From assembly GCF_009914755.1 (NCBI RefSeq), contig NC_060935.1: DNA of 64,000 nt; one strand, written 5' to 3'. A program made the translations under genes and the position numbers. Below the pieces are notes generated by a model. The model saw only the letters and a program-made list of their open reading frames with translations. It was not told the DNA's origin and ran no database searches. Numbering within the stretch: the first letter of the stretch is position 1; the number at the start of each line of letters is the position of its first letter. Of the stretch, positions 40,867 through 56,931 are shown piece after piece. The DNA is from the human T2T-CHM13v2.0 reference genome, Homo sapiens.

Positions 40867-41859
40867 TTCAGAGATTCTACTACAGGTGTGTATACCTCAC
40901 ATCCACCTGTTATTCCTGTGAATTTCTAGGTTCTAGAAATTCTAGCTGTTTCCACTGATGTATTGCAAAATTTTTATTCTACCAAATTCATTTAAGGCCA
41001 GCTCTGCCCATCTGTGGACCTCCCCTGACCCCTTTGCACAGGAAAGAACACTGGGCTCCCCTGGATGTAGTTGAGATTCTGCCCGTAACTTTCCCTTACA
41101 CACAGGGACCATCTGAAGCAACTTCCCTCATGTGCATATTGAGGGGATTAGAGGAGACGGCACTAGGAGCCCCTTCGGTTGATAGTCCATGAAACTCTAG
41201 TCTTGTGGATGACAGCTTAGCAGCTTCTCGGCTTCTCCTGGGAATGCAGCTGCTCTCCTTGGAAGCCACCCACCCTGCTGGAGAAGCTGACATTGACATC
41301 ATTGCCCAGCTTCCAACAGCCAGACAGCTTCACACGTCTGGCTTCCTTTTCAACTGGAGAACACTGTGAATCGTGTGGGGACACATTTTGGAAGGAGGTG
41401 AAATATTAAATAACTGCTCTGTTATGATGGAATCTTCCCCACCTCCCAATCCAATGGTGTCTTCATCTCTCCTCCAACCCCTAACCCAGGGCTTCTCAGC
41501 TGGAATGCACTTTAGAATTGCTGAGCAAGCTTCAGTTACAGGCACCCAAGTTCTATTCTCCATCTACTGAATCAGAAACTCACAGGGTGCAGCACAGGTA
41601 GGTGCATTTTTAATAGCACCCCAGAGATTCTCAACCTGATTCCACAAAAGGACCTGCAGTGAGTCGCTCTGAGCGGAAAACACCTGATGCTCTCAGTATT
41701 GCTCGTCTCAGCTGAATTTGTGTCTTAACAAGAATCCAAGCCTAGAGTTTAAAAAAAAAATCATTTCTCAGCCCTGAAAAGGGTACTGTGGGTCAGTAAT
41801 CCCAACTCACCCGTGCCATATAGGAACCCTGCCCACGGAACACTAAATTGTCATCTCCT

Positions 41860-42376
<517 letters not shown>

Positions 42377-42742
42377 TCAGGAGATCTACAGGACCTTTCT
42401 CCAACCTCTTCAACTAATCCTCATGTTCCCACCTGTCTTGCCTATCCATAAAGCACAGGAGGCTTCCCTGAGCATGTCTGCAGTGGTCTGTGTGTTTTTC
42501 TTCTGTGAACCCACCCATCTCTTTGCCAGTGGAAATAGAGTCTGTTCTCTAAGCTCAAAAATAAATGTGACTTTTCACTATCCCTCCTCCACCCCTTCCC
42601 TTGAATGAACCTGCTGAGAAGCCAGAATACACTCCCACTCTTGCCACTTCACTTTGTCTTCTTGTCCAGATGTACTTGGAGGCCGCTAGTTCCAGAATCC
42701 GCAAGCACCAGGGCTCCCTGGGCTACCACTAAGCAGGATTTA

Positions 42743-43085
<343 letters not shown>

Positions 43086-43249
43086 GCTCGTTTTAGGGCA
43101 ACAGGCTAGGTTGTACTTGTCTTGTTTTGATTTTGTTTTCGGGTTTTTTGTGCCTGTTGAATTGAAAAAATGGTCACGTCCCCAAGGCTAAAGACGCAAC
43201 AGAACCAGCACTTTCTCTTTTCAAAGTTTACTAGGAAAAAATAAAAGTC

Positions 43250-43445
43250 ACACTTCATTGAGCACGTAGCATATATGCTAGACACTAAAGATTATTTAAA
43301 ACAACTGTGGGAGAATTGCTAGTATTATTAATATTAGTATTCCCATTTTTTAAATGAGGAAACCAAGGCTCAGAGAAATTAAGTAATTTTCTAAAAAATT
43401 ATTTAGCTTAATATGTATCTAGAGCTGGATTTGAACTCAAGGCAC
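43250..43445 (-). mobile_element. MIR SINE
   Basis: cccattttttaaatgaggaaaccaaggctcagagaaattaagtaa...ggatttgaactca. Confidence 0.75.
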
Positions 43446-45418
43446 AAAGCCCATGCTCCTTTTAGGAGATAAGCTGCCTCCCCAATCATTGGCTGACCCA
43501 GGCTGGCCTTTGGAGTCAAGGAGAGAGGCCCCCTCTGTCCTCAAATCCCAAGAGGTGCTTGTATCCCTGCACCTGCCTATGCCTTTCTCCTCCAAGGTCC
43601 TGGATGAAACAGCATCTAAGGATGTGGGCTTCAAGCCCCAGCCTGCTTCTCCCATAGCAGAGCACCTACTCTGTCACCCACCAGCTCCTGACTTGACCAT
43701 CTGCATTTCGGGGAGAAGGAGCGGGACTCACGTCATCTGAACTTAAGAAAATCCTCTTCATGCTATTCAAGTAGCTCTGCTATGGGAGGGGGTTAGAAAG
43801 CAACTCATGAAGGAGACGCTGCTGCTGGGATAAAGGAGGGGGCAGTAGCACCGCCGTCGGCACTGTTGGTGATGGTTGTGCAGATGTGTTTTGGAAATTG
43901 GTGTGTGTCAGGAAATGTTGAGTCCCAGTGACCTGTCGGTGATGACAGCTGATATCCAAACCTTCTCTCCTGATCTGTGCAGCTGATTCCTTTCCTTTCT
44001 TGCTTGGAAGGCAAGGCTAGGTTCTTAGGTTCTTAGCCTTGACTGCTGAGAGTAAGGGCAAAACAGGTTGGAAGATGGAAGAAAGACAAAGGGAAGGAAG
44101 TTAATCCCTGAGAGACAGGCATAGAATGGGTCCCCAGGCAAGAGTCGGGGGAGTCAACGGAGAGCATAGGACAAGCCGGAAACCTTGGGATGTTGTCAGA
44201 TCAGGCAACACTTTGGTAGGAAAAAATAAAACGACTCTGTTGAAGGAGGAGAGAGGAGAGGCAGAAGTGGAAATACACTGGACTGGAATAGAGACACCGG
44301 GCTCCTCCATAACTTGCTTCTTTGGTTCTGTGATTCATTTTCCTGTTCTCTGGGAGGCTGGGAATGGAAGAGAGTGAGAAGCAGGACACAGGGGTAGAGA
44401 AAAGAGAAAGGGAGAAAGAGAGAAACTAGATGTGCATGTGTCTCTGGGGTTTTTCAGACAAAGCTGTTGTCAAAATGCCAACCAGCTCCTGCATGGCTAA
44501 TTTGCATATTCCATGTTGTGCTCTTTGAAGCAGGATGAATATGCATGAGGGCTTGGGCGGGGTGCAGAGCTGCTGGGCTGTGGGCTAAGGTGGCTCATTG
44601 TTCTTTTAGAAGAAAGGCATTAGTAAGAAACCAAAGCACTTTCCCAGCGAGCAAAGTGGCCTTGGCTTCCCTTCCCTGATGAAGGGAAGAGAGCAAACCT
44701 CAGGCTCAGACAGAAACCCTAACGACCATTCTCTCATCCTCTCAAGGAAATAAATAATCAGGCGCCATCAAGAACGCAAGTATCTCTTCTCCAAGAGTAG
44801 CATTTAATTACTTTCCACTCCACGCATACTAATTACGGAGGCTGACTGGGTGATGAGAGTCACCTCTCCTGGCTTCCCTGGAAACGAAGCTGCCACTCCC
44901 CATTTCTTGCTTCTGCTGCAAAGAAAGCTGGGCGTCCTGGGGTGCTTTTTGCCTTTGACCTCTGGTGAGACCCCTAAACCTCTCAGTGACCGGGCTGTGG
45001 TGGGAGTGCCTGGGACATAGTGGGTGCTCAAAAGAGGCTTGGGCATGGACTCGGTGAAGTCCATTAAGACTTGGGTTATAATGAACCCTAAGACACCTGG
45101 AGGGCCAGGTCTCCTCATTAACGGTCTCCATCCCTTCTTCCCTGACCACCAGTGGAAGATAGTCATTCTCCAGACATTAGTCCAGCAAGTATGAAAAGGG
45201 TTTATTTAACTTTAAAAATCCAATTTGTCCCACAAACTTAGGGTCACAAAATGCTCCCTTTGGGTTTTCTTTCTGAAGTATCACATTGGTCTCCTGAAGT
45301 AGAGACGAAAGGATAGAGACTGTTGGAATATTCCATTTGAAAAACAGTTTTTCCCGCATGACCATTTGTTTCAATTACACATAAATAAAGGCTGGCCTCT
45401 GGTGCCATGGTGTTTTCC

Positions 45419-45782
<364 letters not shown>

Positions 45783-46115
45783 TAATTGATGGAAACATAC
45801 CTCATTTATAGGCTGTATTTGCCAGACAGACCTCTGACCTACCTAGGAGGGCTCCCTGCAGACCGTGGCTCTCTGGCACACTTTGCGGAGTGCGGACATC
45901 CTAGACAGGACTTGAGTTTTGCAATCAGGATTGACTCAGGCCTGAAAATCAGTTAATTCTTGGGACTCTTCTGTGAGGTTTCTACAATCCAGAAAGACCA
46001 GAAGAGGGAAAAGCTGAGGGAAGACAATTGGGTTCACCTGATAATCACACTAGCCACAAATTCCCTAGGTTCAGCATTGAAGAGTCAAGGATTCAGCAAC
46101 TCTGAAAACCTAGGG

Positions 46116-46372
46116 CAGAGTTTCTCTAATCCTTGATGCAAATACAAGTTGCAGGGAGATTTAGCTTAATACGTAGTAGAGCTGCATTTGAACTCAAGGC
46201 ACAAAACCCAGGCTCCTTTTAAGAGAAGAGCTGCCTCCCTTTTAAAGGGAGACCTTGTTAAAATGCAAATTCTGACTTAGTAGGCCTGATGTGGGGCCTG
46301 AGATTTTGCATTTCTAACAAGCTTCTAAGTGCGGTCAGTGCTGCTGGCCTGGAAAGCACACTTTGAATAGGA
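46116..46372. mobile_element. MER5-like MITE interrupted by an ~86-bp local copy
   Basis: cagagtttctc...gggag, then cttgttaaaatgcaaattctga...tttgcatttctaacaagct...cacactttgaatag. Confidence 0.65.
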
Positions 46373-47010
46373 AGAACACAGGGAAGGGCAATGCGAAACC
46401 ATGAGGAATTGATTTCATATTCCCCTTAAACTCCTGATAGACGGACAAACAAGAGAGAAAGGAGGAGCCACTGTTTTCAGCCTGCCCTGCTCACCTCCTC
46501 CTAGCCAGAGTGTATCCCCAACACTCGAGATTTATTTTTAACTCCCAGCAGCTTTGATTAGCTTGTCTCTGCCGCTTCAGACACCTGCTGGCAGGATAAA
46601 TTGGGGGAAAGGAGTGGCTGACCCAGATCTGACAAATCCAAGGCAGGAAGAAAAGCTCTCAGGAATTCACTGCTTCCCCTTTGCTGAGGCTGGTGAAAAA
46701 CCCCGTCGCCGGCAGAGTGCTAAACATGCTAATGACCTCACACCACTAATGACCCTGGGCATGTTCAGCCTTAGCACCAGTGAACTGCCGAACTGAATCC
46801 ATGCCCTTTTATTCCATGCCCTTTTATCACAGGACGAGTTGTCACTTCCATGCTCCTGTGGCAGCCGGGGCTCTATCTATGGAGAAGCTCTGCTCTGGGC
46901 AGATGCCTGGACTAGAGCTTTAGGCATTGCAGCAGTTTTCCTGGGGGGATAAGTCTCCGCCACCCCTAGCTAAGATTGCTAGTGTTCTGCTTCTGGAAAA
47001 GCAGAAGCCG

Positions 47011-47421
<411 letters not shown>

Positions 47422-48454
47422 TTAGTTCAAGCAGACACTAAACTCCTGGGAATCAATGGAAGTCTCACTGGATAAGAAACCTAAATGCCAGCCTGACTCT
47501 ACCACTTCCTACACAGCCTTGGGCGAGCTACTGAACATCTCTGCTGCTTGGTTTCCTCCTCTGCAAAATCGGGATCATACTAGCACCTGTTTACACGTGG
47601 TGATGCTGTGATGTGTGCTAATGCACGATGAAGCCAGTGCAGGCTACAGCAAGTGCCCAGTACAAGTTTTTGCTTTCAGAGGAGGATATGGGAATTGGCA
47701 GGCTCAATGTCTTTCAAGCCAGAAGACGGAAGCCAACAGAATTCAGACTGTGGTGAGATCGAGCCCGCATCCGGGATACGAGGAGACCTTCGCCTGCTGG
47801 TTGGTCAAGGCTGGCAGCTGCCTGCCATCAATGCTGGAGACAGTGCGAGGAGTCAGAGCTGCTGTTCATGGAGGGCCGCGGGAAGGGCCAGGACAGCACT
47901 GCAAAGTCAAAGGACACTGTTGCCAGGGGTCGTTGGGGACAAACAGGGAGTGGTGGTTTCGTCAAGTACAGGAAACAAGTTGCAGTCCCCTACGTTGGGA
48001 AAGCTCAGCAGAGCTGACTTCCCGCAGGCCCTGAGCCTCCAGGTCCCCGTGGACAGCCTGGGGAGGGTCTCCAGGGCCAGCCTGGCCATCCCACCAGGAG
48101 ATCTGCAGCTGTGTGGCTCCTCCATGAGGCCCACTTTCTATCTGCTAATTGCACACTCTCACCCCCGTCTCACCCACTCTGACCAGCTCCTTTCTGCAGC
48201 CCCTGGTGCAGCTCCCTTGCATGTGGCTGAGCAGCAAAAACTGAGGTTGCAGAGGGTCTCCTTCTGCCTATGCTGTATGCAGCCCCACTGTGTCCCATGA
48301 TCCCACCACGACCCACAACAGGACATGCGCCCGGTCCCTAAACACAGCACTGGCTGCCACAGGCCACAGGCCGGCGTGCAAAGAATGCTATACAGCCCGT
48401 CTCTGGAGTCTGGAGCAGAGGGCTAATGGACATCACACTCCAAAGCACATGAAG

Positions 48455-48801
48455 AATATTAATTAAATGAAGGTTTTATTTCAAAATTAGTCTTAAGAGT
48501 ATAAGCTGTTTTTGAGGGCTGTAGCCAGACTACATAATGAGCGGTGAAAGCGGCTGCCTTCCCCTCTCCTGACACCAGCAAGGGGGAGGCACCATCACCG
48601 GCCCTGCCCCATCATGCATCCAATGATTACTAGCACTAGAAGCCAACGGCAAAGGACCCCGCGCGCTTGCTCGTGTTTAATCCAGGTTAAGCTATACACG
48701 TTTAAATACATGTCGGAGGTTACATGGTCTCATGCAGTCCCTGTGATGGAATGACTCTTGCTCAGTGACCTCCTGCAGCGAGGCTGCTCCAAAGGGCAAG
48801 G
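48455..48801 (-). other. FEZ1: FEZ1 3' UTR (proximal form; end approximate)
   Basis: Lies between the TAA stop and the AATAAA signal. Confidence 0.75.
48475..48480 (-). terminator. Canonical AATAAA poly(A) signal of FEZ1
   Basis: tttatt on the + strand ~320 nt after the stop, with GU-rich sequence downstream on the - strand. Confidence 0.8.
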
Positions 48802-48818
48802 TTAGGTAGGGCAGAGCA
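48802..48818 (-). CDS. FEZ1: FEZ1 last coding exon (V-LCPT*)
   Basis: ctcttctcgttgcag acceptor, then TG CTC TGC CCT ACC TAA. Gives the FEZ-family C-terminus LKVLCPT. Confidence 0.93.
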
Positions 48819-48979
48819 CTGCAACGAGAAGAGAGGAGGGGAGAGCGGTCAGAACACAGTTGCAGGTGGGGACCTCCGAGCCCAGGATAGCCCTAGCTGA
48901 GAGCAGTCACACCAGCTCCTGAGTGGTGACAGCCCCCACTTAGTGCCTAGAATAAGGGAGAGACAATGGCAGGTGGTTG

Positions 48980-49175
48980 CTGGTTATAATAACTAAGCGT
49001 GTAGTCTCCGGGGCCTGAGTTCAAATCCTGGATCCAGCCATTACTAACTACATGACCTTAGGGAAATTAACTTCACCTTTCCATGCTTGTTTCTTCATCA
49101 ATACAATAGAACGTACCTGCGCCTACCCCGCAGGGTTGTTGAGAGGCATGTGGCAAGTGCTGAGTAAATATTAAT
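48980..49175 (+). mobile_element. MIR SINE
   Basis: gagttcaaatcctgg...catgacctta...cagggttgttgagagg. Confidence 0.7.
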
Positions 49176-49338
49176 CACTTGTACAAATTCAGTGACAACT
49201 CAGTGGCTCGTGAGGGGTAAAGTCCAGCCCTCCGACTACCAAATTTATATAACCTGTTTCTATAATCCTCCTTTGAGAACCTCCTTTGAGAAATGTGCTG
49301 CTCTTTTAAAATCTTTGAGTCACAAACCCTTTCTATGG

Positions 49339-49590
49339 TTTTTTGTGTTTTGTTGTTGTTGTTGTTTTGTTTTGTGGTTTGTTTGTTTGTTTTTTTGAGA
49401 CAGGGTCTTGCTGTGTCACCCAGGCTGGATGCAGTGGTGTGATCACAGCCCCCACTGCAGTCTCAGCTCCTGGGTTCAAGTGATCCTCTCACCTCAGCCT
49501 CCTGAGTAGTTGGGACTACAGGCGCGCACCACTACACCTGGCTGATTTTTTTTTAATTGAGACGCGGTCTCACCATGTTGCCCAGGCTGG
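49339..49590 (-). mobile_element. Partial AluJ with (GTT/GTTT)n tail
   Basis: Reverse Alu right arm and part of the left arm. Confidence 0.85.
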
Positions 49591-49729
49591 ACAAGTTATT
49601 TTTAATGTTTACTCTAAGTTCCTCCTGCTGAAATTTAAGATTAGTCCTTCTGATCCTTATAGAAACAATATATCTCAGGATTTCTTAGCTATAGGTCCCA
49701 CAAATATGGTCCCTCTGCAACCGTACATA

Positions 49730-50830
<1,101 letters not shown>

Positions 50831-51201
50831 GAAAGGGTGTAGTCAATTATGTCTCCAGCTTCCTTTCAAGTGCTTGAAAAGTATTAAATTATCATCAGGT
50901 TTTGTTTTTCCCAACTAAATACTAAGTAGCCCAAACTCTGCAGAATTTTCACAATAAGTCCTTTGTTGGTTTGTTGCTCCAAGGAAAGTCACTGGTGACT
51001 CGGGGGTGATGGAATCTCCTCCTGCGGCCTCCTGGCAACACCCAAAGGGAAAACCTATTACTCCAAAGCCTTTCAATTGTCCCTGATTTCCCTGGCCCCT
51101 GCCTGGTCTGGTCTGGCATGGGCAAGCTGGGAAGGTTCCCTAACTGGAGCAGGAGCTCCAGAGAACCCCTTCTGCTCCAGGAGGCCTGGGGCTGCTCTTA
51201 C

Positions 51202-51267
51202 CTTTTAAAATGTAGTCCGTTAGCAAAGTAGGCACCTTCTCATTATCCTCCTTCATGGCAAAGAGAA
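51202..51267 (-). CDS. FEZ1: FEZ1 coding exon (LFAMKEDNEKVPTLLTDYILK-V)
   Basis: Long pyrimidine tract + cctag acceptor and gtaag donor. 66 nt, phase 1/1. Absent from the ORF track. Confidence 0.94.
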
Positions 51268-51439
51268 CTAGGAAAGGAGACAGAGAGAGGAACTAAGATA
51301 CCATCTGGTCAGAGGTTCACTTCTAGGGCCACATGACCCACCAGCCCAGAGTGAGAGAGAAATGATTCAAAAGAACCAGACATTTATTGAGTATTGAGCA
51401 AAAGTCTAGAAGGCTCTATCAGGGGTCAGCATTTCAGGG

Positions 51440-52114
51440 GCAAGGGCTAAAAAACTACCTATCCGGTACTATGTTCACTACCTGGGTGACAGGTTTAGTT
51501 TCAGTTGTAACCCAGACCTTGAGCCCAGGCATTCAAGACCAGCCTGGGCAATATGGCAGAACCTCATTTCTAATTAAAAAAAAAAAAGATAGCTGGGTGT
51601 GGTGGCACACGCCTGTAGTCCAAAGTACTTGAGAGGCATCACGCAATATGCCCCCGTAACAAACCTGCACATGGTGATAGACGAGAACACAGCAAGAGCC
51701 ACAGTGTTTGTCTCTAGGTAGTGGACCTACTGGTGACTTTCTTTTCTTTTTTATTTTTGAGACAGGATCTCGCCCTGCCACACAGGCTGAAGTGCAGTGG
51801 CGTGTTCTCAGCTCACTACAGCCTCAAACTCCTGGGTTCAAGTAATCCTCCCCCTCTCAGCCTCCCAAGTAGCTGAGACTTACAGGCACGTGCCACTATG
51901 CCCAGCTAATTTTTTTTTTTTTTTTAGTAAAGATGAGGTTTTGCCATGTTGCCCAGGCTGGTCTTGAACTCCTGGGCTCAAGCAATCTTCCCCACTTGGC
52001 CTCCCAAAGTGACCTGTGATCATGCCACTGCACTCCAACCTGGGCAACAGAGTGAGACTCTGTCTCAAAAACAAGAAAAAGACCATCCTGGACAACATAG
52101 CAAGACTTTGTCTC

Positions 52115-52162
<48 letters not shown>
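51440..52162. mobile_element. Mosaic: L1 3' fragment with Alu piece (+, ~51517-51637), AluJ (-, ~51745-52010), Alu 3' ends (+, 52011-52117) and a long poly-A
   Basis: aaaaaactacctat..gtactatgttcactacctgggtgac and gtaacaaacctgcacatg (L1); Alu fragments in both orientations. Confidence 0.75.
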
Positions 52163-52164
<2 letters not shown>

Positions 52165-52719
52165 AGAAGAAGAGGAAGAAAAGAAAAATAAGAGAGAGCT
52201 ATATGTACAAGACATAGTTATCAGTGAAGAAAGGTTACAGAACATTTATTAACTTTATAATTAAATGCTAATGTTCATAGAAAAAAAATCTAGAACAATA
52301 ATACATGAAACTGTTAAGTAGTTATCTCTGAGTGTAAGACAATAGGGGATGTTCTTTTCTATGCTGCATTTCTGTGGGGTCTGGCTTTTCTCAATGAGCA
52401 TGTATTACTTTTGTAAGCCAAGAAAACACTAAAGATCAACTGGCACTGATAGCTAGGGTCAGAAGGCAGCTGCAACAGTGGGATTGCCACTTCATTTCGA
52501 TATCCTTGTCCTCCTTTGATTGATTACCTTGACTAGTTTCAAGACAGGGTAATGAAACTTGAATCCAAGAATTAGGAGTGAGTGAGGAAGAAAATCCAAT
52601 GGTGGCGTGAGTCAGCAGCCAGGTCCAGAAAAAGAGACTCAACCTGAGGCCATTGAGGGGTTGGTTTGTTTCTGTTTTATTTCTTCTGTATCTTTAGACA
52701 TGTATTCATCTCAGCTTAA

Positions 52720-53160
<441 letters not shown>

Positions 53161-55055
53161 TAAAAATACAATAATTGCTCTTGCCAATACGTATCTAAAT
53201 TAATCTCCAAAATCTAAAATTTACAAGGATTGGCTAGTCGCAGGAGCTGGTCTTTGGCCTATGTACTTAGTTCAAAGAGTAGAAGAGAGAAGAGGCATTG
53301 TTCACAAATTCATATGAGGATCTGCCAAAAAAGAGAGGCTTCATAACCTACAGGAGAATTGGTATTCAGAAAAGATGGCAGGTTTTTTTTCTAAAAGCAA
53401 TAAAATGTTGGAAGGTAGTATATCCACATGATAGAAGAGATAGCCATAAAAAGAACATTAACAAAGTGTTAACTAATGTGACTAAAATCATGACACAAAA
53501 TTTTACAGCCAGTATAATCTCAACTATATAGAAAAGATACAAAATATTAAGTCTGAAAAGCACCAAAATGGTAACCATAGTGGAGTAGACAATGAGTTAT
53601 TTATTTTTCTTTGTTTGCTTTTCCTTATTTCCAAAGTAGTCTAAATGATGGATATACTCTAGCTATAATTTTTTTAATGAACTTAAAAAATGTAAACAAA
53701 ACCACTCAAAATAGAAAAAAGTCTGTTTCTTAATTAAAATGAAAAGATTTCACACTGAATTCCTGAATGGGTATCTGCAACAAATTAATAGCTATTTATT
53801 TTTTTGAGCTATGATAGAATACTTTACATATATCAACCTTCATAATTTGTCCAAATTACTTTCCAAATGTAACTTGTGTGAAAACACAAACATCTATAAA
53901 TGTCAGTTCATCTCTATTTTCTCCCTTAAAAAAAAAGAAACTTAGTGCATATTTATGCAAATAAAGGAGTTTACAATGAGTTAAGGACAAGTCACTGTAC
54001 TTTGATTTTAAAATTCCTGATTCTCAAGGACACAGTGTCTATTGATGCAGGCATGATGTAGGCAGGATTTCTGTTTGCCAGAACCTCCTGCTTTCACTCT
54101 CCAAATTGACAAAAAATGAAACGTTTGGTCACCTTCAGCACCAGGCCCCAGCAGGTATCCATCCTCCTCAGCTGAACAGAAGCTCAACTTCCCCTCTCCT
54201 TGGGTATCCAGTAGCCCCGCACTGGCCCCTTCCCTCCAGAACAGGCTGCAGTGGGCGGGGCCTCGTTAGCTGTCACTCTCTGCAGGGCACGGTTGCCAAG
54301 GAAATGGAATTTCCCTCGTGATCCTCTGGGCCTGTCACCACATCTCAGCCTAGGATTTTTCTCGTCCTAAGAGGGCCAAGCTGACACTGATGGCTAACAC
54401 CATGTGCCCCCCAGCCCTTTGGGGGTCGTACTGTTTGATGTATATAAACAGTTACTGTCTACAAAAGGCTCTTTGTTACACACTGTTTTCCCTCATAGTT
54501 CAGAATGTTTATTAATATTTGACAATAGAGCAAAGTGGAGGAGAGGAGGCAGTCACTTCCTGGAAGGAAAGCTGGACTCTATTTTTTCCAGTCAGCCTTA
54601 CCCCACCCAAGAAACCTTGCTTCTCATTAAAAATACAGCCAGACCCAGAGACCAGGCGCCCTGCTTCAAGGGGCACAAGTGCCGACCAGGCAACCTCAAG
54701 TTGCAGGGAGAGAGAGAACAGGGAGGCAGAGGATGCCAAGCCTTGGGAACTGCAGGGGAAAACAAAAAGTCCCCTGCACCAGCACCCCAACCTCTTTCAC
54801 CAGCTCATTTTTTTTTCCCCCAGCAGGCCTCTTCCCTTATGGGAACCAGGAGAAAGAAAAAACAGCTCTGGTTATCACTGCAGAGTATTTTAATTTTACA
54901 CTGTGCGGGAGGATGTGACGCAGTAATTTGGAGGGTATTTTGGCCCATGTAAACCTGCTTTGAGGAGTCTCGGGCCTGCGGCACGGAGGTACAACGTACA
55001 GGCAGGAAGGGAGAAAAAGGAGCCACTGATCTGGCTGAGAACAAGAGGAACTCAC

Positions 55056-55131
55056 TGTTTGTCAGCATCTGCAGGTCTTCCACTGAGGGAGGAGAGGCTT
55101 TCTTCTCGTAAGGAATGACTGTGTTCAGATA
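55056..55131 (-). CDS. FEZ1: FEZ1 coding exon (YLNTVIPYEKKASPPSVEDLQMLTN-I)
   Basis: ttgcag acceptor and gtgag donor. 76 nt, phase 0/1. Confidence 0.95.
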
Positions 55132-55550
55132 CTGCAAGACAAACAGCATGCAGGGGGCTTGAGACAGAAGACATGCTTCCTCTGGGTTGAGATTTAGCCT
55201 TTCTCTAAGACACACACTGCAAATCTGACCTTCTCTGAAACATTCATGGTCACTGGTACGTCACTGTTTCAGAACTTCTTACCCCTCTTTAGGGAATGTC
55301 TCTTTAAAAGTAAGACTTTCCCACATTTCTCTCCATCCCAACTTCTAGATTCTTCCTACACTACAAACTTCTCTGTTATTTAGGAATCCTGGGGAGCTTT
55401 TTCTCCTTTAGACTGAAAGCAGAGAATAAATCCAAGGGGATTATATTTTCTTATTCTTTGCAGTGCAATTTGAGAAGGAATTGTTTGTCTTTTGTCAAAA
55501 AAGATATGCAAGAGAACCTCAACCCCGCCCAGGGTCTCTGATGTCAGATT

Positions 55551-55566
55551 TGCTCCCTCTGCTGGA
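55551..55566 (-). promoter_or_regulatory. CTCF-like motif
   Basis: Reverse complement reads TCCAGCAGAGGGAGCA. Confidence 0.5.
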
Positions 55567-55638
55567 TGTCAGGTGCTCCTACAACAAAACCAGCATCAGG
55601 GCCTAGTGGGCTGTCAAAGGAGTCTCAAGGAAGCCTGA

Positions 55639-56120
<482 letters not shown>

Positions 56121-56850
56121 TAGACTCTCTAGAATTCTAGAGTTCTAGAATTCTAGCACTTAGAATTCAGCTACAAATATGTTTAAAACATATACACTTT
56201 CATGTACACTCATTCCACCATCTCAAACTTTCTGTTCACGTGCCAGCCATGTCTATTAGATTATACACTCCATGAGGACAGGGGTCAGGACTTTTCACCT
56301 TTGCACCTGAGGGCTTAACAACAGAGCTTAGCACATAGCAGGCGCTTGATAAAAGTTGTGAATGCTGCCTTAATAACCAGAAATGCAAGCTATGTCACAG
56401 GGAAATTACTGAGCCAACAAAAAGCCACAGCATGGGTTCCAACCAGAGCTGGGAAGCTGCAGAGGCAGTCTTAGTGGGAATGGCTTGGCAGGTGATCCAG
56501 TGTGGTGGAAAGTTAACTAAACTCTAGGATGGGATCTATCATCAAATGGACTCCCTCTTAATGCATTTCATCCTTAAAACAACTTAATTCTTAGACCTAC
56601 AAGCAGTGTTGAGTTTTAAGTCTTGCCCATGTCCTAGAACACTAGAGCTCAAAAAAAAAAAAAAAAAAAAGTTTGCCTTTTAAAAAGATATTCTCTGTTC
56701 CTCCTTAAGAGGAGAAAAAAGTGTTAGGACCCCTAACCCCCTAAATAAATGCTGGGATAATTCTGGTGAGTCACTGTCCCCCTGCGTTGTTGGGGAGGCC
56801 AAGCTGCAGGAGTCTAGGAAGAGAGCTTGGAGCAGGGAGACTACGCGTAC

Positions 56851-56931
56851 CTGTTTGTCAGTTCCTGAGGAGCCAAAGGTCTGGCGGATGCCACTCTGCA
56901 GAATGTTGGAGATGCCTTCCATGCTGAAGCG
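56851..56931 (-). CDS. FEZ1: FEZ1 coding exon (RFSMEGISNILQSGIRQTFGSSGTDKQ)
   Basis: ccacag acceptor and gtacgc donor. 81 nt, phase 0/0. Confidence 0.95.

Noticed and set aside
47615-48300. Overlapping 139-aa and 215-aa + strand ORFs near the FEZ1 3' end
   Set aside because: GTG starts, no recognisable domain, and they begin in a MIR. The length is plausible by chance in GC-rich DNA.
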